Shown: positions 38,498-54,368, numbered from the stretch's first letter. The stretch: 64,000 nt of DNA from the human T2T-CHM13v2.0 reference genome, Homo sapiens (GCF_009914755.1 NC_060935.1), one strand, 5' to 3'. Notes: generated by a model from the letters alone, not told the origin. A program made the numbers and translations.

Positions 38498-38603
38498 GTG
38501 ATTATGGTTGTGCATAAATATGCCAATATATTTCTCTCTATTATTTAAACTAGAGAAAGTCTTGAAACAATGTCTAGTAACAAGAAACTGGTCAAATTTA
38601 TTA
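38498..38603 (+). repeat. dispersed ~106-bp direct copy of 36107-36214
   Basis: Hand alignment gives 13 substitutions and one 2-nt gap (~86% identity). Shared blocks include AAAGTCTTGAAACAATGT and AACAAGAAACTGGTCAAAT. Confidence 0.85.
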
Positions 38604-38809
38604 AAAAGCTCTTATTTTCTCAAGAGCCCATCTGCCTGGACCCAGCACACTAGCCATAGTAGCGTGCCTTATGCTAATGAACCACATGGGGTTAGGCACA
38701 TTAATTAGGTAAATAGGACCTTGGTGTCACTCTCTGCTTCTGCTAGGAAGACCATGCTGTCACCATTCATTTCTACAAGCTGTATCTGTAGCTGTAGCCT
38801 CACTTGGCA

Positions 38810-39025
38810 CAGCTATGGCTCTGAACTCCCACAGCCTGGTCTTGAATCTTGACTCTGCTACTTATTATCTTTGGGACACTGGGCAAGTCACTTAACCTCT
38901 ATGAGTCTCGATTTCTCCTTCTGTATTATGAAAATTTTATTTCCTTCATAGGATTGTTGTGATTATTAAATCAAACTATGCATGTTAATAGCCTGTAAAC
39001 ACTTAAAAACGTTAGCTGTTGTTGT
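38810..39025 (+). mobile_element. MIR SINE
   Basis: TTGAATCTTGACTCTGCTACTTATT...CTGGGCAAGTCACTTAACCTCTATGAGTCTCGATTTCTCCTTCTGTA...CATAGGATTGTTGTGATTATTAAAT. Confidence 0.8.
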
Positions 39026-39292
39026 TAATTAATAAGTTCAGTCATTTGCTTCCTGTGAATATGTGCCTTAGCTATGCCATCATTATTATGGGGGATTGTC
39101 TTTGTGTGTGTGTATGTTTCTATATAACATTGCAACCTAGTTCTCATTATACTTGCTGACATCTGGTAAAATGTTATATTATTGATATCAGCATTCCATT
39201 ATGTAGCAAATAATGAGCCAGAGAGTTGGGAGAAGTAGAGTACAAAAGAAGAAAATTCTTGAATTGTCTAGGACTAGCTCCATTATCTCTGA

Positions 39293-39669
<377 letters not shown>

Positions 39670-40701
39670 CCACCCTTTCTTTTTTATGCCTAAAGGGACT
39701 TTGATATTGCAAAGCCTAACAACCAGCCTAAATCTGCTGGTAGAAGTGTTAGTTCTTCCTACTATGCATTAACCACAGATTTAAATCCTGGGGATACAAC
39801 AGTAAACAAGACAGATAAAGCCTGAGTTCACATGGAGCTTATATTCTGGTGGAGCCAGACAGTAGGCAAACACATAAGTAAGGAGTGTATGTGTGTGTGT
39901 AAAATGATTTCAAGTCATGATAAAACACTAAATCAACCAGAATAATGAAATAGAATTGACTGGAGTGGAGTGACAGTAGGATTGGCTTTATCAAAGAGAT
40001 CAGGGAAGACTTCACTGAGGAAGTGATATTTCAGTAGAACTTTGAAGGGTACACAGGAGTTGACCAGATAAAAAAGAAGGAGAGAGCTGTTCCACTGTAA
40101 AGTTTTAGTTAGGAAGTTAGACTTTGGGGCCAGATCCACTTTTGACTAGCTAGCCTTGGACAAGGTATTTAACCTCATTATACTTTTGTCTACCCATCTG
40201 AAAAAGAGATTTGCTATAAGGATTAGATTAAAATGTATTTCTTACATTGCTCAATTTGGTGCTGTGCTCAAGAAACATGAACTGTCATTAACATTTGCAA
40301 AGGCCTTAGAGTGAGAGAAAGGGAGATAGTCTTCGCTGATACTTCGGATTTTGCTGTCGGTGGTAGAGAAGCAAAAGTCCATTTTTGCTTCTCCTCCAGA
40401 GAACTGGAGGTGGGAGCATTTATGCTTCTTTCTCACTCACGTCTCCAATTAGACTGGTAAGAGTCTGAGACATTAACTGAGCCATGTTTTATTAGATGAG
40501 GTAAATCTCTTTAGGAATGGTCTGTGTTCTTTTCAATTAGCTGAACTCTCATTCTTCCTCCAACTCAGCCTTAGTCTTTCTATTCTCTCTCCTTGAAGGG
40601 AGTGAGTTAGGCAGGACTTGCCTCAGACCATACATTCTCCAGATTGTCTACTTGCAACTGGTTGGTCTATTTTTCCCCAAGGTAGTTTCAAATGTTTAGA
40701 A

Positions 40702-41017
40702 CTATGCATCCAATATGGTGGCCACTTACCACTGTGGTTATTGATAGCACTTGAAATGTGGTTAGTCGAATTTGAGATGTGTTATAAGTGTGAAATGCAC
40801 ACTACATTTTCATAAATTAATGTGAAAAAGTAAAATCATTAATAATTTTTTAGTGTTGATTATAACTTAGGCTAATATCTAAGACATAGTTGGTTACATA
40901 AAATATATAATGAACATTAGCTTTACCCTTTTGAATTTGTTAACGGTGATTACTGAAAAACTTAAAATTACATAGGTGGTTCAGATTTGAGGCTTATATT
41001 TCTTTTGAGTAGTGCTG
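40702..41017. mobile_element. MER33 hAT-Charlie MITE
   Basis: TCCAATATGGTGGCCACTTACCAC...GCACTTGAAATGTGGTTAGTCGAATTTGAGATGTGTTATAAGTGTGAAATGCACACT...TAAAATTACATAGGTGGTTCA...AGTGCTG followed by ATCTAGA. Confidence 0.85.
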
Positions 41018-41198
41018 ATCTAGAAGTATGAGAAGACTAGAAGCTTCCATTCTCCCTTAGATCTAAGCCACAGTTGTCAATCCAGTTATTAATAAATCTA
41101 TTAACTAGAAAGCTTTTGGCTAAACTTTCTTTTCTGTTTCATGAACTAGTTATAAACCAAAAGGTAGAAGGAGTGAACTTTGGTTCACTTGCCTTTAG

Positions 41199-42306
<1,108 letters not shown>

Positions 42307-42349
42307 GACTGAAAAGTGCAGTGTGAGAAGAGCAAAAAGACGAATTCAC

Positions 42350-43095
42350 CATTTAACTAATGTTTATTGCGCCGCATTTTTCTAGACACTTCAGATATAT
42401 TAGTGAATATCAAACATTCCTGTTCTTGAACCTTACATTCCAGCAGGTGACACAGACAACAATAAACAAACTAACTAATAAATCAATTATAAAAACTATT
42501 TGAAGTTGGTGCTATGGGAGAAAGCAAAAATAAAACAGATTGTCAGTGTTGGTGTGGTGTGATTGGCAAACTGTGGGTTGTAATTTGTAATACACTGTTC
42601 AGTGTAGATCTTCTAGGAGAGTGGCACTGAAGCAAAGACTTGAAGGAAGTGATGGAGTTAGCCTTGCAGCAATCATGGAGAAGAATGTTTTAGTCAAGGA
42701 AATAGCCAGTGCAAAGGGCTGAAGGCAGGTATGTTTCTGTCATAGTCAGGAAACAGCTAGAAGGCCCTTGTAACCAGAGCCAGGGAAGACAGTGGGAGAG
42801 GAGAGAAATAGAGGCAGCAAGGGGCCAGATGGTGTAGGGACTCATAGGCCATTGTGTAGTCTTTGACTTTTTTCTGAGTGAACTCTTCCATTTGGAGAAT
42901 GGCACTAACTTCCTCTTTAATAAATTTACACAGGCTGCTGTGGTAAAAACGGACTATAACAAACAAGAATAGAAGGAATACTAGTTTTGAGGCAGTTGTC
43001 ATTTTCCAGGAGCGAGATGATAGTAGTTCAGAACAGGGTGTTAAGAGAGGAGGGGGTGACAATCGGTCAGGTTTTGGATATGTTTTGAAGCTAGA
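42350..43095 (-). mobile_element. L2 3' fragment
   Basis: CATTTAACTAATGTTTATTG tail; GAAGCAAAGACTTGAAGGAAGTGA; ATAGCCAGTGCAAAGGGCTGAAGGCAGG; TTGGATATGTTTTGAAGCTAGAGCC. Confidence 0.75.
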
Positions 43096-45302
43096 GCCGA
43101 TAGGATTTCCTCCGAAATTGAAAACTGAGGGGTTGAGTAGTCCAAGGTAAGACTGGGTACTGGATGTCTTCTAGGCTACGGTAAAAAGTTCAGATTTTAT
43201 CCTGTGTGCAATGGAAAGCTGCTGAAGAGTATAAGCTGAGTGGCCTGATTATATTAGCATATTATAAAAGTCACTCTGGAGGTTCTATGGAGGAAGGATG
43301 GGAAAGTGGGGAAGAGTGGAGGGTGGGGGGTGGAGAGGTAGCATTTAAACTCCTTGTAGGTATTAAGTGCTCTTAAGTTAGATGACCCATGTCATTTCAT
43401 ATTAGACATTAAAACACACCCACATCTCCTATTAAATAACAATTTTGCTATAAAAATTGTAAAGCAGTTTAATAATTTTGCTTGTGAAATTATTTGACCT
43501 GGATTACCCATTTAATTCACAAATCACTTTGATTCCTCAGCAATCATTATGCATACTTAAGTGAGAAAATCTGACCTACAAGTTGATTTCAGATGTAAAC
43601 ATATTTTTTACAATTTGTAATTTTTAACAATGTAGAGTTTAATGATACAGTGGTACATTGTGTAGACAAATCAACACATCTTAATATTGATTATGTCTGA
43701 TTATGTCATCTTCTTTTTGCATTTTTGAGCACATACTTTCTTTTATACAAGTCTCTAAGGTTTTTATAGGCTCCTAAAAACCTTATAGGCTCATAAGCCT
43801 AATGGATTAAATGACTCTGGATACCCCGAGAACAGTTAGAAAGCTGTGTTGTCTGAGAGGGACCTTTAAAAGGATCTGGTTTTCACTAGCTTCATAAAGG
43901 CAGGATTTTAGAGAAATCCAAGTGTTTACCATGTCCTAGGGTTTGTTATATAATTTCTACATTCATTTTTCAGAAGTTACCTTCTGTTTCTTGTACAACT
44001 TATCTTGAACTTGCTAGAATGATTGGATGATTTTGCTCCTTGACTCGATTTGCTATAATACGGTCTGTTTATGTCATTGTGGAACTATTTTCCACTCTGA
44101 TTCAGTGAGGATGTCTATAGAATTATTAAGAGGCTGAAAAAAAGACACAAAACATTGATTTTGTTTTTACCACCCTTGATAATGGATTCTCTTTTTATTT
44201 TCCTGGTAACCTGGCATTGGATTGCATGCGTTGCATTCAAAGAGAACTCTAGTCCTAGCTATATTACACAGGGCTAGATGTCAACTGTGGAGTAAATAAT
44301 TCTAAGGGGACACTGCTCATTTTAACTCTGAATTCACTTTTAGTTACTATAAAATGGCAAAAGATTTTGCAATGAATATGCAAAGAAATGTCTTTTCTGT
44401 ATTCAATTGAATAAGTGCTTTTGAGATTAAATGTTCTGATATTGTATGTGCTACACAAGAAAGAGGAAATAGTTAAGAAAAATCAAACTAGAATTTTTAA
44501 AGATCGAGTTATTTTCCCCTTGTTCATCAGAATGGACTTGCTAGGACCATTTATAAATACTTGTTCCTTTGTAGGGGAACTCACCCATGTCTACCCTACA
44601 TGTTCCTAATTCAGTTGTAATTTTGAATATTACAATTTATCTGATTTGCAGCCTATTCCTGAGTGGTATTCTTAGTTTCACTTTTAAATGAATACGGTTC
44701 ATCAGATTTGATTGTTCTTTTGTGCCCATTTGCTTTGGAGTCCTTGCTAGTAATGAAACAAAAGGCTTTTCAGATGGATATTTGAGTGATGAATGATGAC
44801 ACCTTTTTCTCTTTACCTTACTTCAAGCTGCCAATCTCTTCACAAAGACATTGTGTCTCCCTGTTCTCTTAGTACACCATTTTCATTGCTGTGATAGAAA
44901 ATCTTAACAGTCAGCACTGAAATTGCCTTCCTCACGTGATCATCTCACACTTTGCATGGATAGTTGCCTGTGATAAGTATTTTACTTTCTTCTCTTACTG
45001 TATTAGTGGAGTTGGTAGCAGGATGATTTTTTGGCCTTTATTTTTGTTTTAAATACAACATAAAAAAGTACAAAAGGAAACAACCAAAAATATGGACTAG
45101 GGATTTAGACTTTTCAATCCACAGCTTTTCCTTTCTCTGCGTACTTTGGGCAAGTTAATTTATTTCTCTCTGTGTTCATCAGCTCACTAATCTGTGAAAT
45201 AAAGGTTGCTATCATTCATTCAATGCATATTTATTAGAATGCCTATCTTTCAGGAAGTATTCTAGGTACTGAGTATATATAACACTGAATAAAAGAGTTC
45301 CA

Positions 45303-45633
<331 letters not shown>

Positions 45634-46372
45634 AGAGTTCCTACCCTCTTGGAGTTACCTTTTATTAAGGTGTGAAGGAGACAGCAAGTGAGACCATCTG
45701 ACACATATATTCCTTCCTATATTGCTATTTCTTTTTACCTTTTCTCCCTTCACAGTAAGGAATTAGCTTCATGAAAGTATATTTATAATTATTATTTTTG
45801 TGCTTCATTTTTGTTGCTTTGCTTTCAAATCTGAAAGGGGAATTTGTGGTGAAGTTGTAACTTTTAAACATAAGAGTTCCTAACAAGTACAAGGAAAGGA
45901 AATGATTAGGAGAAATTTCTGGACAGCGCTGAAGTCAAATGTCCTAGATTCTGACTGCTTGGGAGAGTTAAAACCTTCTAATTTTGCAAACATGATTTTT
46001 TTTTAAAGTCTTGCATTTTAAAGTAGTGTTCAAAAATCTCACTGGCCCAGTCTGGGATGTAACACTACTGTCTCTAATTAGAGTAAGGCTTGCTCTTCCG
46101 AGGCCTGTATGCTGGGAGGAAGACAACTCACAGTGCTCAGAGGAATATCTTCAGAAATGTTTTTGACCAAAGGAAAAACTAATGAAGAAATTTTACAGAG
46201 AGGAAGTTCTCTTTCCTTGGGGAAAAAGATGTGTTAACGAAGGAGTCTGAAAACTAACTGCAGGTGAATTGCAAAATGCTTTGGAGAGCATTGGCTTAGT
46301 ATATACCATGAATAAGATATATTTCTAAAATAGTATAATCTATATTCTTTAATAGATTTGTCACTTTGTTTA

Positions 46373-46738
<366 letters not shown>

Positions 46739-46869
46739 TTAAGTACATTTTTCTCATAGATGGAGATGTATTCATTCTGGTGTCTAGTGGCCTTTGGATG
46801 TATCCTAGACCCTGTGCCTGGATGAATGGAGGTCTTTGTGCAAGAAGGGGCCCTATTGATATAAATGAT

Positions 46870-47080
46870 GGCTAACATTTCTGGAGTGCATATCATGTGG
46901 TATGTTCAGTTTTATACCTTTTACATATATTACCTCATTTAATCATCACAACATTCTCTCCATTTTAGAAATAAACATAAAAGGCTTAACTAATTTGCCC
47001 AAGACCATGGAGTTAATAAATAGTAGAGTCAGAATTTAAAGTAGGACCATCTGAGTCAAGTCTACTCTTTCCACTTCATT
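46870..47080 (-). mobile_element. MIR SINE
   Basis: TTACATATATTACCTCATTTAATCATCACAAC...CCATTTTAGAAATAAAC...TAATTTGCCCAAGACC. Confidence 0.7.
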
Positions 47081-47789
47081 AGATAAACAACGGATAATTC
47101 TATAAGAATTAGAATCCACTGAGTGGCCTGGAATAAATGTAGACATGGAATAGGAACTTGCTATATTAGTCTGATTCTTACTCTCTTCTCACTTCTCTTT
47201 GCCCTTCAACACACACATACACACTGAAAACACACATAATACTTGAAAACACATTTGTATGCAGAGATAAATGGGTGCAGCCAGTGGGCGGGGCTGCTGA
47301 GCAAAAAGGCCAGTCCACCGATAATGCAGATTGTTTGCTATTGACGATTAGATTCAGGATCCCAAGTGCCTCCAATAGCTGTGCAGTGTGGCTAGAGGTG
47401 CATTGAATAAATACTTGGGGCTGAATTAATTGAGCAGAACTACCTTTTGAATACCTAAAGTTTGCCTGAAGGAAATCTTCAGGGCCTTGGAGAGTGCTTA
47501 ATATGTATTAAATAAATGAGGCTTTCGGGGCCTGGGGAGCCCCTAAATTAAGGCAGTGACAAAGGGAATGGATTAGCTCTAAACATGGGTGTATACATAA
47601 ATGTACACATTCCTTTGGAGTCCACATTTCTTTGGACTCAAATCCTACAGAATACAACCAGACACTGCTTTTCATTCAGAATTTTCTTTCTTGTGGAAAC
47701 ACTCCATTTGGCTCTTGTAATTTGGATTTGAAAGTAGTGAATGTCTGTGTCCATTTGGCACGAACAGAAGGCCTTAGAATTTGGACACA

Positions 47790-47945
47790 GGAAGAATAGC
47801 TAATGGATACAGGGCTTAATACCTTGGTGATGGGATGATCTGTGCAGCAAACCACCAGGACACACATTTACCTATGTAACAAAGCTGCACGTCCTGCACA
47901 TGTACCCTTGAACTTAACATAAAAGTTAGAAAAAATAAAAAAGAA
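47790..47945 (+). mobile_element. short old-primate L1 (L1PA13-16/L1PB-like) 3' end
   Basis: GGGCTTAATACCTTGGTGATGGGATGATCTGTGCAGCAAACCACCA...TTTACCTATGTAACAAAGCTGCACGTCCTGCACATGTACCC with an A-rich tail. Confidence 0.9.
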
Positions 47946-49709
47946 AGAAAACAGACATGTTTGTTCTTCAACTCTTTTGAATGGTTTATTGCATGGAAAA
48001 TTGTTACTCACAGTATCATCCATTTACAGTGAGAGCTTCTATAAGTTGTCAACACCACTTAAAGACATCAATAAGTAGAGTCTTTGGACACTACTGATGG
48101 CTGGCACCTGACTTAATAGAGGGACTGGCACTCTGGAGGGAGGAGGAATGGAAGGGAAGCAACATGGGGAGTAAAATCTATGCATTTAGTCCAGTAAGTC
48201 CCACCCTTTTGTGAAGCTGTTTGACCTGATGTCATCTAATTAAAGCTACTCTTCCATACAAAGCATTGTGTGACATATATATTTAAAATTATGTTTAAAA
48301 TTAACTAGATTTTTGGTTTGAAGTATTATTTGTAGAATTTTAGTATCTTTCTTGACTGAAATGATTGTGATACTGTAGGGTGGGAATCACTGATTAAGGG
48401 CCGGTGGTGTAGACTAGAAAAATATGGATTTTGCAGGCAGGAGGCCAGGCTCCCCTGTCAATTTCACCACTTGCTGTCTGTGTGATCCTGTTTGGGAAAG
48501 CCATGTAACCTCTCTGAGCTTCTTTAAGCTTTAAATAGTTGAAATGTGTGGACACAATGTCCAACACACAGTAAGTGCGCTATAAATCCTTACTTTCATT
48601 CCTTCCCTTCTTTCAAATAGATAGACGCTCATAGATAATAATGATGCTGTCAGGAACCATGTGATAACGTATATTGGAGGGACAAAATAGTTTCCTTGCC
48701 TGAAATGACGGGTTTGCTCATCTCACACCTCGACTAACCTACTTACTGAGTCACTCCAAGGCTGTTTTTTTTTTTGAAGTAGCCTAATGCCAAACATATG
48801 CTGACAGTGATTTCAATGTGGAGCCTTGTACTAAATTAAATGAGAAGAAAACTCAAAGGCAGCTGGATGTACACTAGTATCTATACATATCTTGTCTCCT
48901 TGGAGGTTTTCTCATTTAATAGAGGTAGAAAATTTCAGGAGTTAAACTGCCCTTATAAAGAAATGAAGGTTTTAAAATTAGTAGACTTGGTGTTTGAGGA
49001 TCCTGGATGAACTTTAATCTAGAGTTTTTTATACTCTCCAAATGGTATTATAAGGTTGGCTTCTCAGAGACTAAAGTAAGAGCTAAAAGGAATTAGAAAA
49101 CCAGATGTTGGGGCTGATTCAATAGCAGTAAATCTTATTGCTGTTCCAGGGGCTCCATGAGGATTCTGCTACTGAAATTGAACAATATTTTTCCTAATTT
49201 GCAAAAAAATACATTAATACAGAGAGTGTGCTTATTTTCTAGGTTTGCATCCATGCTTTTTCTTAATTTTGGCACCTGCTATTTCTTGCCTTTTCCAGAG
49301 TCTTGTGTGAGCCGAGCATATACCATTCAGCACAGTATTATTTGAGTATAATGTTTCAATAGTTCATGATGAGTTGCAGAGCAACCATGACATTCAAGTT
49401 AGCGTCTCATAAAATCTGAGAATCATTGTCTGAGATTTGAGCCTAAAGATGCCTTAAAAAGCATCTTTAAGTATGAGTGACCTTAGCCAGGTCAACTATC
49501 CCTCTTGCCAGATCGAAAATATCAGAAAAATACTTTTTCTCTCCCTTATTCTGACAACAGGGAGCCCTACTTATCATGCTTACTTAAAAACTGACAAACA
49601 CATCTCCCATTGTAAAGACGCTAAGCATTTTAAGTGCTAACCTTGTTTTTAGCCCTCCTACTTCATATAGTCCAGGTTTGCCTCAGAATCTCAGAACATC
49701 ACCATAGCT

Positions 49710-50050
49710 ATGAGGTTAAGAGTGTAGTTTTGCAGTCAGGGTGACTTGGTTTTAAATCCTGCCCCATTCGCTGTGTAATCTTGGGCAAATTTGGGGCCTC
49801 AGTTTTATTATTTGCAAAATATAAATAGTAACACCTCACTAGTAAGTTTGTTGTGATGATAAATAAATTAATAAGCCAGAATTGCATACTCTCTTTGGAG
49901 AAGGGATCACCTCTGGTTTAAACATTGCAGTAACTCCAGTGCCCATAGCATACACTCAGTAAATATTACATGAGAAAATTAATGGATAATGCATCTTAAG
50001 CAGTTGGCAACATGTCTGGCACATATTGGCCTCTCAATAAATAGTAAAGA
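49710..50050 (+). mobile_element. MIR SINE (interrupted)
   Basis: GGTTAAGAGTGTAGTTTTGCAGTCAG...GCTGTGTAATCTTGGGCAAAT...CCTCAGTTTTATTATTTGCAAAAT...TGTCTGGCACATATTGGCCTCTCAATAAAT. Confidence 0.7.
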
Positions 50051-52767
50051 TGGCAATAATAATAATGGTAGTTGTTGTATCATTATCATTAAGTTACTAC
50101 ATCTTTTGAAATAAATTTTGAAAAACTACAAAGAATATTTTGCGGCTGGAAGACTGGATATGTTTAAAATGACATTTCCGAAGGCAGCCTCCTAAACTTC
50201 AATGCCCTTTTCATATCATCAGTGTAGCTTTGGACAAAACAGTCTCTGGCCATGTCTTATTTCACAAGGCCAAACTTTGAGAATAATCTGACTTCCAGTC
50301 TCCCTCTCTTGCAAGCTGTGTTTCCAGACTGTTGAGTGGCTCCTGGAAGCAGCAGGTGGTTCATGGATGCAGACATCAGGAATCAAAGCTCGGCTCTAAG
50401 AGGGGAGAGGATGGAAAGTTCTTTGAGTCCTTTTGGCTGAATAGGTGTCTTAATGAGATGATCACTCCAGGAAGCATTTCTATTTCCTTCCTTTAAATAA
50501 TGAGAGTATCTTTGAGTGAATGTATTTACCTTCCTTCAGGCTTAGTTTCTTTGATCTCTGATGACTCACTTTGTCTCACAACAATGATCAGGGTCTTCAT
50601 TATGCTGCCCAATTTGGTAGCAGAAGCCCGTGAGAAGCAAAAATTTGGAAGCCACAATTTTCTCATTATCATGGGGATTAGGTTGCCTTGTCAACAATAT
50701 ATGCAGAAGAGAATAAATTTAAACTAGCAACTAAGATATATTTATCAAGACCTGGTCTATTAACTTGTTTAGCTTTGTTGTGCAAGCCATTCAAGTTTCT
50801 AATGTGGCAGGTGAACTTTTGGGTAGCTTATGTTGCTAATAGCCAAATGGCATATAATAATCAAAGCAATAAATGTGGGTATTATTAAGCACAAGCGCAA
50901 TGGCCCGAAATAGAATTGCTGAGTGCTTATAAATTACTCTATTATTATTTGAAGGAAAGAACAATCCAAGTTGAAATATGGAAGCTACACACCACACAGT
51001 TCTTTCACTATTATTGTCCTGTATAAGGTGATCTCTGGGTTTTATTTACAATTCTCAGATAAGTTATTTTTTCTCCCCAGCTGCAGAACTCAGTCTTGAA
51101 TTCCATTTTCATTTTAAACATCAATAGTTCATTGTATAAGAGCATTCTTCATGCTGCAAGTTCTTGGCATTTTCTATGAGGAATATAGCACAGTAACAAT
51201 TCTTTATAGGGATAGGAGAAATAAGACATGACAGACTAAAGATAGGTGGTTAAGTTGTAACAAAACCCAGCATATAAAGCTTGGCAAAGATTTATACAGA
51301 GAAGCAAAACTACTGTTCATGCCAGAGAAATCAGTAAAGAGGAACTGAAAAAGAAGTGAAGAACGTATGCTTCAAAGCTATAATGAGACTTGGCTGCCTC
51401 AGGCAGTATCAGTAAGGAATAACATGCCCTAATTTTGTTGTCTTAGAAGCAAAACATTTCTTTTTCTGTTGATTATTCAGAATATGTGCCATTAGCCATA
51501 TGTGTACATTTTAGTCAGCAATACAGCTGTAGCCCATATTTCATTAACATGTGTTCTGCTTCCTGCTCGAACACACAACACGCAGAAATGTGTCCCTGAC
51601 CTTTTAATCTAGCTTGCTCTTTCTTCCTTCATTTCCCCATCGTTTATAATAGCAAGATCCCTGAACCCTCTCCTAGACCACCTCCCTCCTTTTTCTCTGT
51701 TGCTGGCATTGTAGGTGTCTCGTCAATTTGGTAGAAGATGTCTTGGAATAGAGCCTCTCAAAACCTGGAAATTATGTTGAGTCTGTTTGATCTGATTACC
51801 TTGGAGGCAGATGACAAACTTTCATCAGCTCTAGCATTTTGTAAATAATCTTTGGTAACCATCATGGGTCATCTTTGAGTAGATTACTTGGGATCCATCT
51901 AGAGTCTCAGTGCCTGGAGATTTTAAAGAAAAAATCAGAGGGTACACGTTCCAGGATGGCTTGGGTCAGTTTGCTGAATGGAAGAAGGAAAAATACAGGT
52001 ATACACCAATTTTGGGTCCATTGTGGTCTGACAATTTTGGGAATCTATGGTTGGATATATATGGACGTCAGCAAGTACAACTTATCTAACGAATGAGTTG
52101 ATTTTCAAGTTGAGTCCTTGTGTAATGGCTTAGTGTTGAGCCAAAGAAATGCCAGACCTTTGAATCTGCATGTCTTCATGGGTAGGGCAAGACCTTGATG
52201 CTTAAAGCCCATGTATGGCATCACAGCTGTATGTGATCAAAGACTACTTGGTGGGGTCTGAAGGTAATACAAGCTCACAGAACCAAATGTTATTATGAAC
52301 AAGCACAGTCAGGGAAGGCTTCCTGGAGGAAGTAGCATTTGCAATGAGATTTGAAGGAAGTAAAATGAAAACATTAAAAGTAGTTGAGTTGTTTCATTAT
52401 TTTACATTTTAGTAATATATTTCTAAACGTTACTTCGGTTGCTAGATTCAACCAATTAATTCGAGTGCTATAAATAGAAAATGAATAAATTTTTCAATTA
52501 TCTGTTTAGAAATGTACAAAGAGAATGGAGGTAGTTTTAAAGAGGCTTCTTTTAGGCAAACAACAACAACAAAAAAGATTTAAGCTAAAGAATATAGGAA
52601 ACTACCTCATTCCAATAGGTGTTGAATGTCAAGTAGTCAGAAATTTTTTAAAAATTGGAATTATATACTGGAAAACTAGAGGAAGGCTGGAAAAGTCAGA
52701 GTCTTTAAGCCTTATTGGTTGAGGATGAGTTCTCGTGTCAAATTACATTTCTAAGAGAATAAGATTC

Positions 52768-53436
52768 TTGCGACTCAAGATGTGGTTCTGGGACCAGTAA
52801 CATCAGCATAAACTGGGATTCTATTAAAAATACATAATCTGAGTACCCTCCCAGACCTACTGAATCAGATTCTGCATATTAACGAGACTCCTGGATCATT
52901 TGTACACACTTTAACATTTGAGAGGCAGCAGAATTCTCAGATGGACAGCATGTTGTAATGCTGTGGTACCCAGCTGATAATCAGCAGAATCATCTAGGTG
53001 GTATTTGTTAAATTTAATTAAAACATTTTTTTAACAGTAACTCAGATCTAATGAGTCAGAAGTTGGGGGCTGTGGTAGGCAGAGGTTGTAGAAACTGTAT
53101 TATATATAATATAGAGGTTTCTACATTTCAAAGAGTTTCACAGGCAATTCTGGTAATCCAGGTTTGGATGCTGCTGATGTATGAGACTAGAGTAGTGATT
53201 CATAACTCTAACTGCTCTCTAGAATCATTTGTGATGTTTAAAAAAATTATAATGCTAGGTTCAGTCCTCCAGAGATACTGATTTAATTAGCCTTGGGTGG
53301 AATTTACACATGTGTTTTTTTTTAAAGCAGACTTACTTAGATATAATTTATATACCACAAAGTTCATCCATACAGCAACTTTTTTTTAAAAAGGTTTCAG
53401 GATAATTCTGATGTGCAGTCAAGCCTGAGAACCCCT
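52768..53436. mobile_element. cluster of three adjacent MER5A/MER5B-type hAT MITEs
   Basis: TGTGGTTCTGGGACCAGTAACATCAGCAT...CCAGACCTACTGAATCAGATTCTGCAT (~52768-52930); CAGCAGAATCATCTAGG...CAGGCAATTCTG (~52940-53175); TAGAATCATTTG...CCAGAGATACTGATTTAATT...GATAATTCTGATGTGCAGTCAAGCCTGAGAACCCCTG (~53190-53436). Confidence 0.7.
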
Positions 53437-54101
53437 GGAGAAAGACTAGCAGGAGGCTCTTATATACTCCCATTGGGAAACAAAGAGATCTGATTTTCAG
53501 TAGTGTCAATGAATGAAGTCTGTACGGATGTGTGAGGCTAAGATGTAGAGAGAAATTCAGAGAATTCTCTGAGGTTGAATTAACAGATTTTAAAAATTAA
53601 TTTTGCATGGGTAGAGAACTAATTCAATAGTCTAGGATTATGTCAGTTTCATTTGACCGACTAGATGGATAGTGACACCTGTGGGCTCACTTCCCTCTTT
53701 CCTGTGTAGGGCTCATTTTTATTCAGAGATTAGGGAAATGGCAAGAGGCATAAAATATTTAGACTTTCAGATTATTTATGAAATTCAACATAGCCAAATT
53801 CAGCAGGAGCAACAATAGGTATACTACACCCAAGAAACTCCTGAATATCGGAATTTAGTACCTTTTAAATCTGCAATTAAAGACAATCTGTGTTGTGATC
53901 TATCCCTTGTTTGTTGCACAGACCCTTCTTCATACCTCCATGTATCTTCCTTAAAGGTGGGTTGATAAGAAGTACATATATTGCTACACTCTGAATACTC
54001 TTTATTTACACATGCCTGTTTTTACTATAATATCACAAGGAAGAGGCAGGAGCTTCATGCTTGAGGTAACCATGAGTGGTTCATTCTCAGATCAGTCTTT
54101 G

Positions 54102-54368
54102 TTTGTTTGTTTGTTTTTTGAGACAGGGTCTCACTCTGTCACCCAGGCTGGAGTGCAGTGATACACTACAATGGTACAATAATGTCTCACTACTGCCTTG
54201 AACTCCTGGGCTCAAGTGATTCTCCCACCTCAGCCTGGATAATTTTTAATTGTTTTCTTGCAGAGACACGGGGTTCCATTATGTTTGCTTAGGCTTGTCT
54301 CAAACACCTATGCTCAAGTGATCCTCCTAAAGTGCTGGGATTACAGGCGTGAGCCACCAGACCTGGCC
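54102..54368 (-). mobile_element. AluJ with internal deletions
   Basis: Antisense J-type Alu with perfect 13-bp TSD AGATCAGTCTTTG (54089-54101, 54371-54383). Confidence 0.92.
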
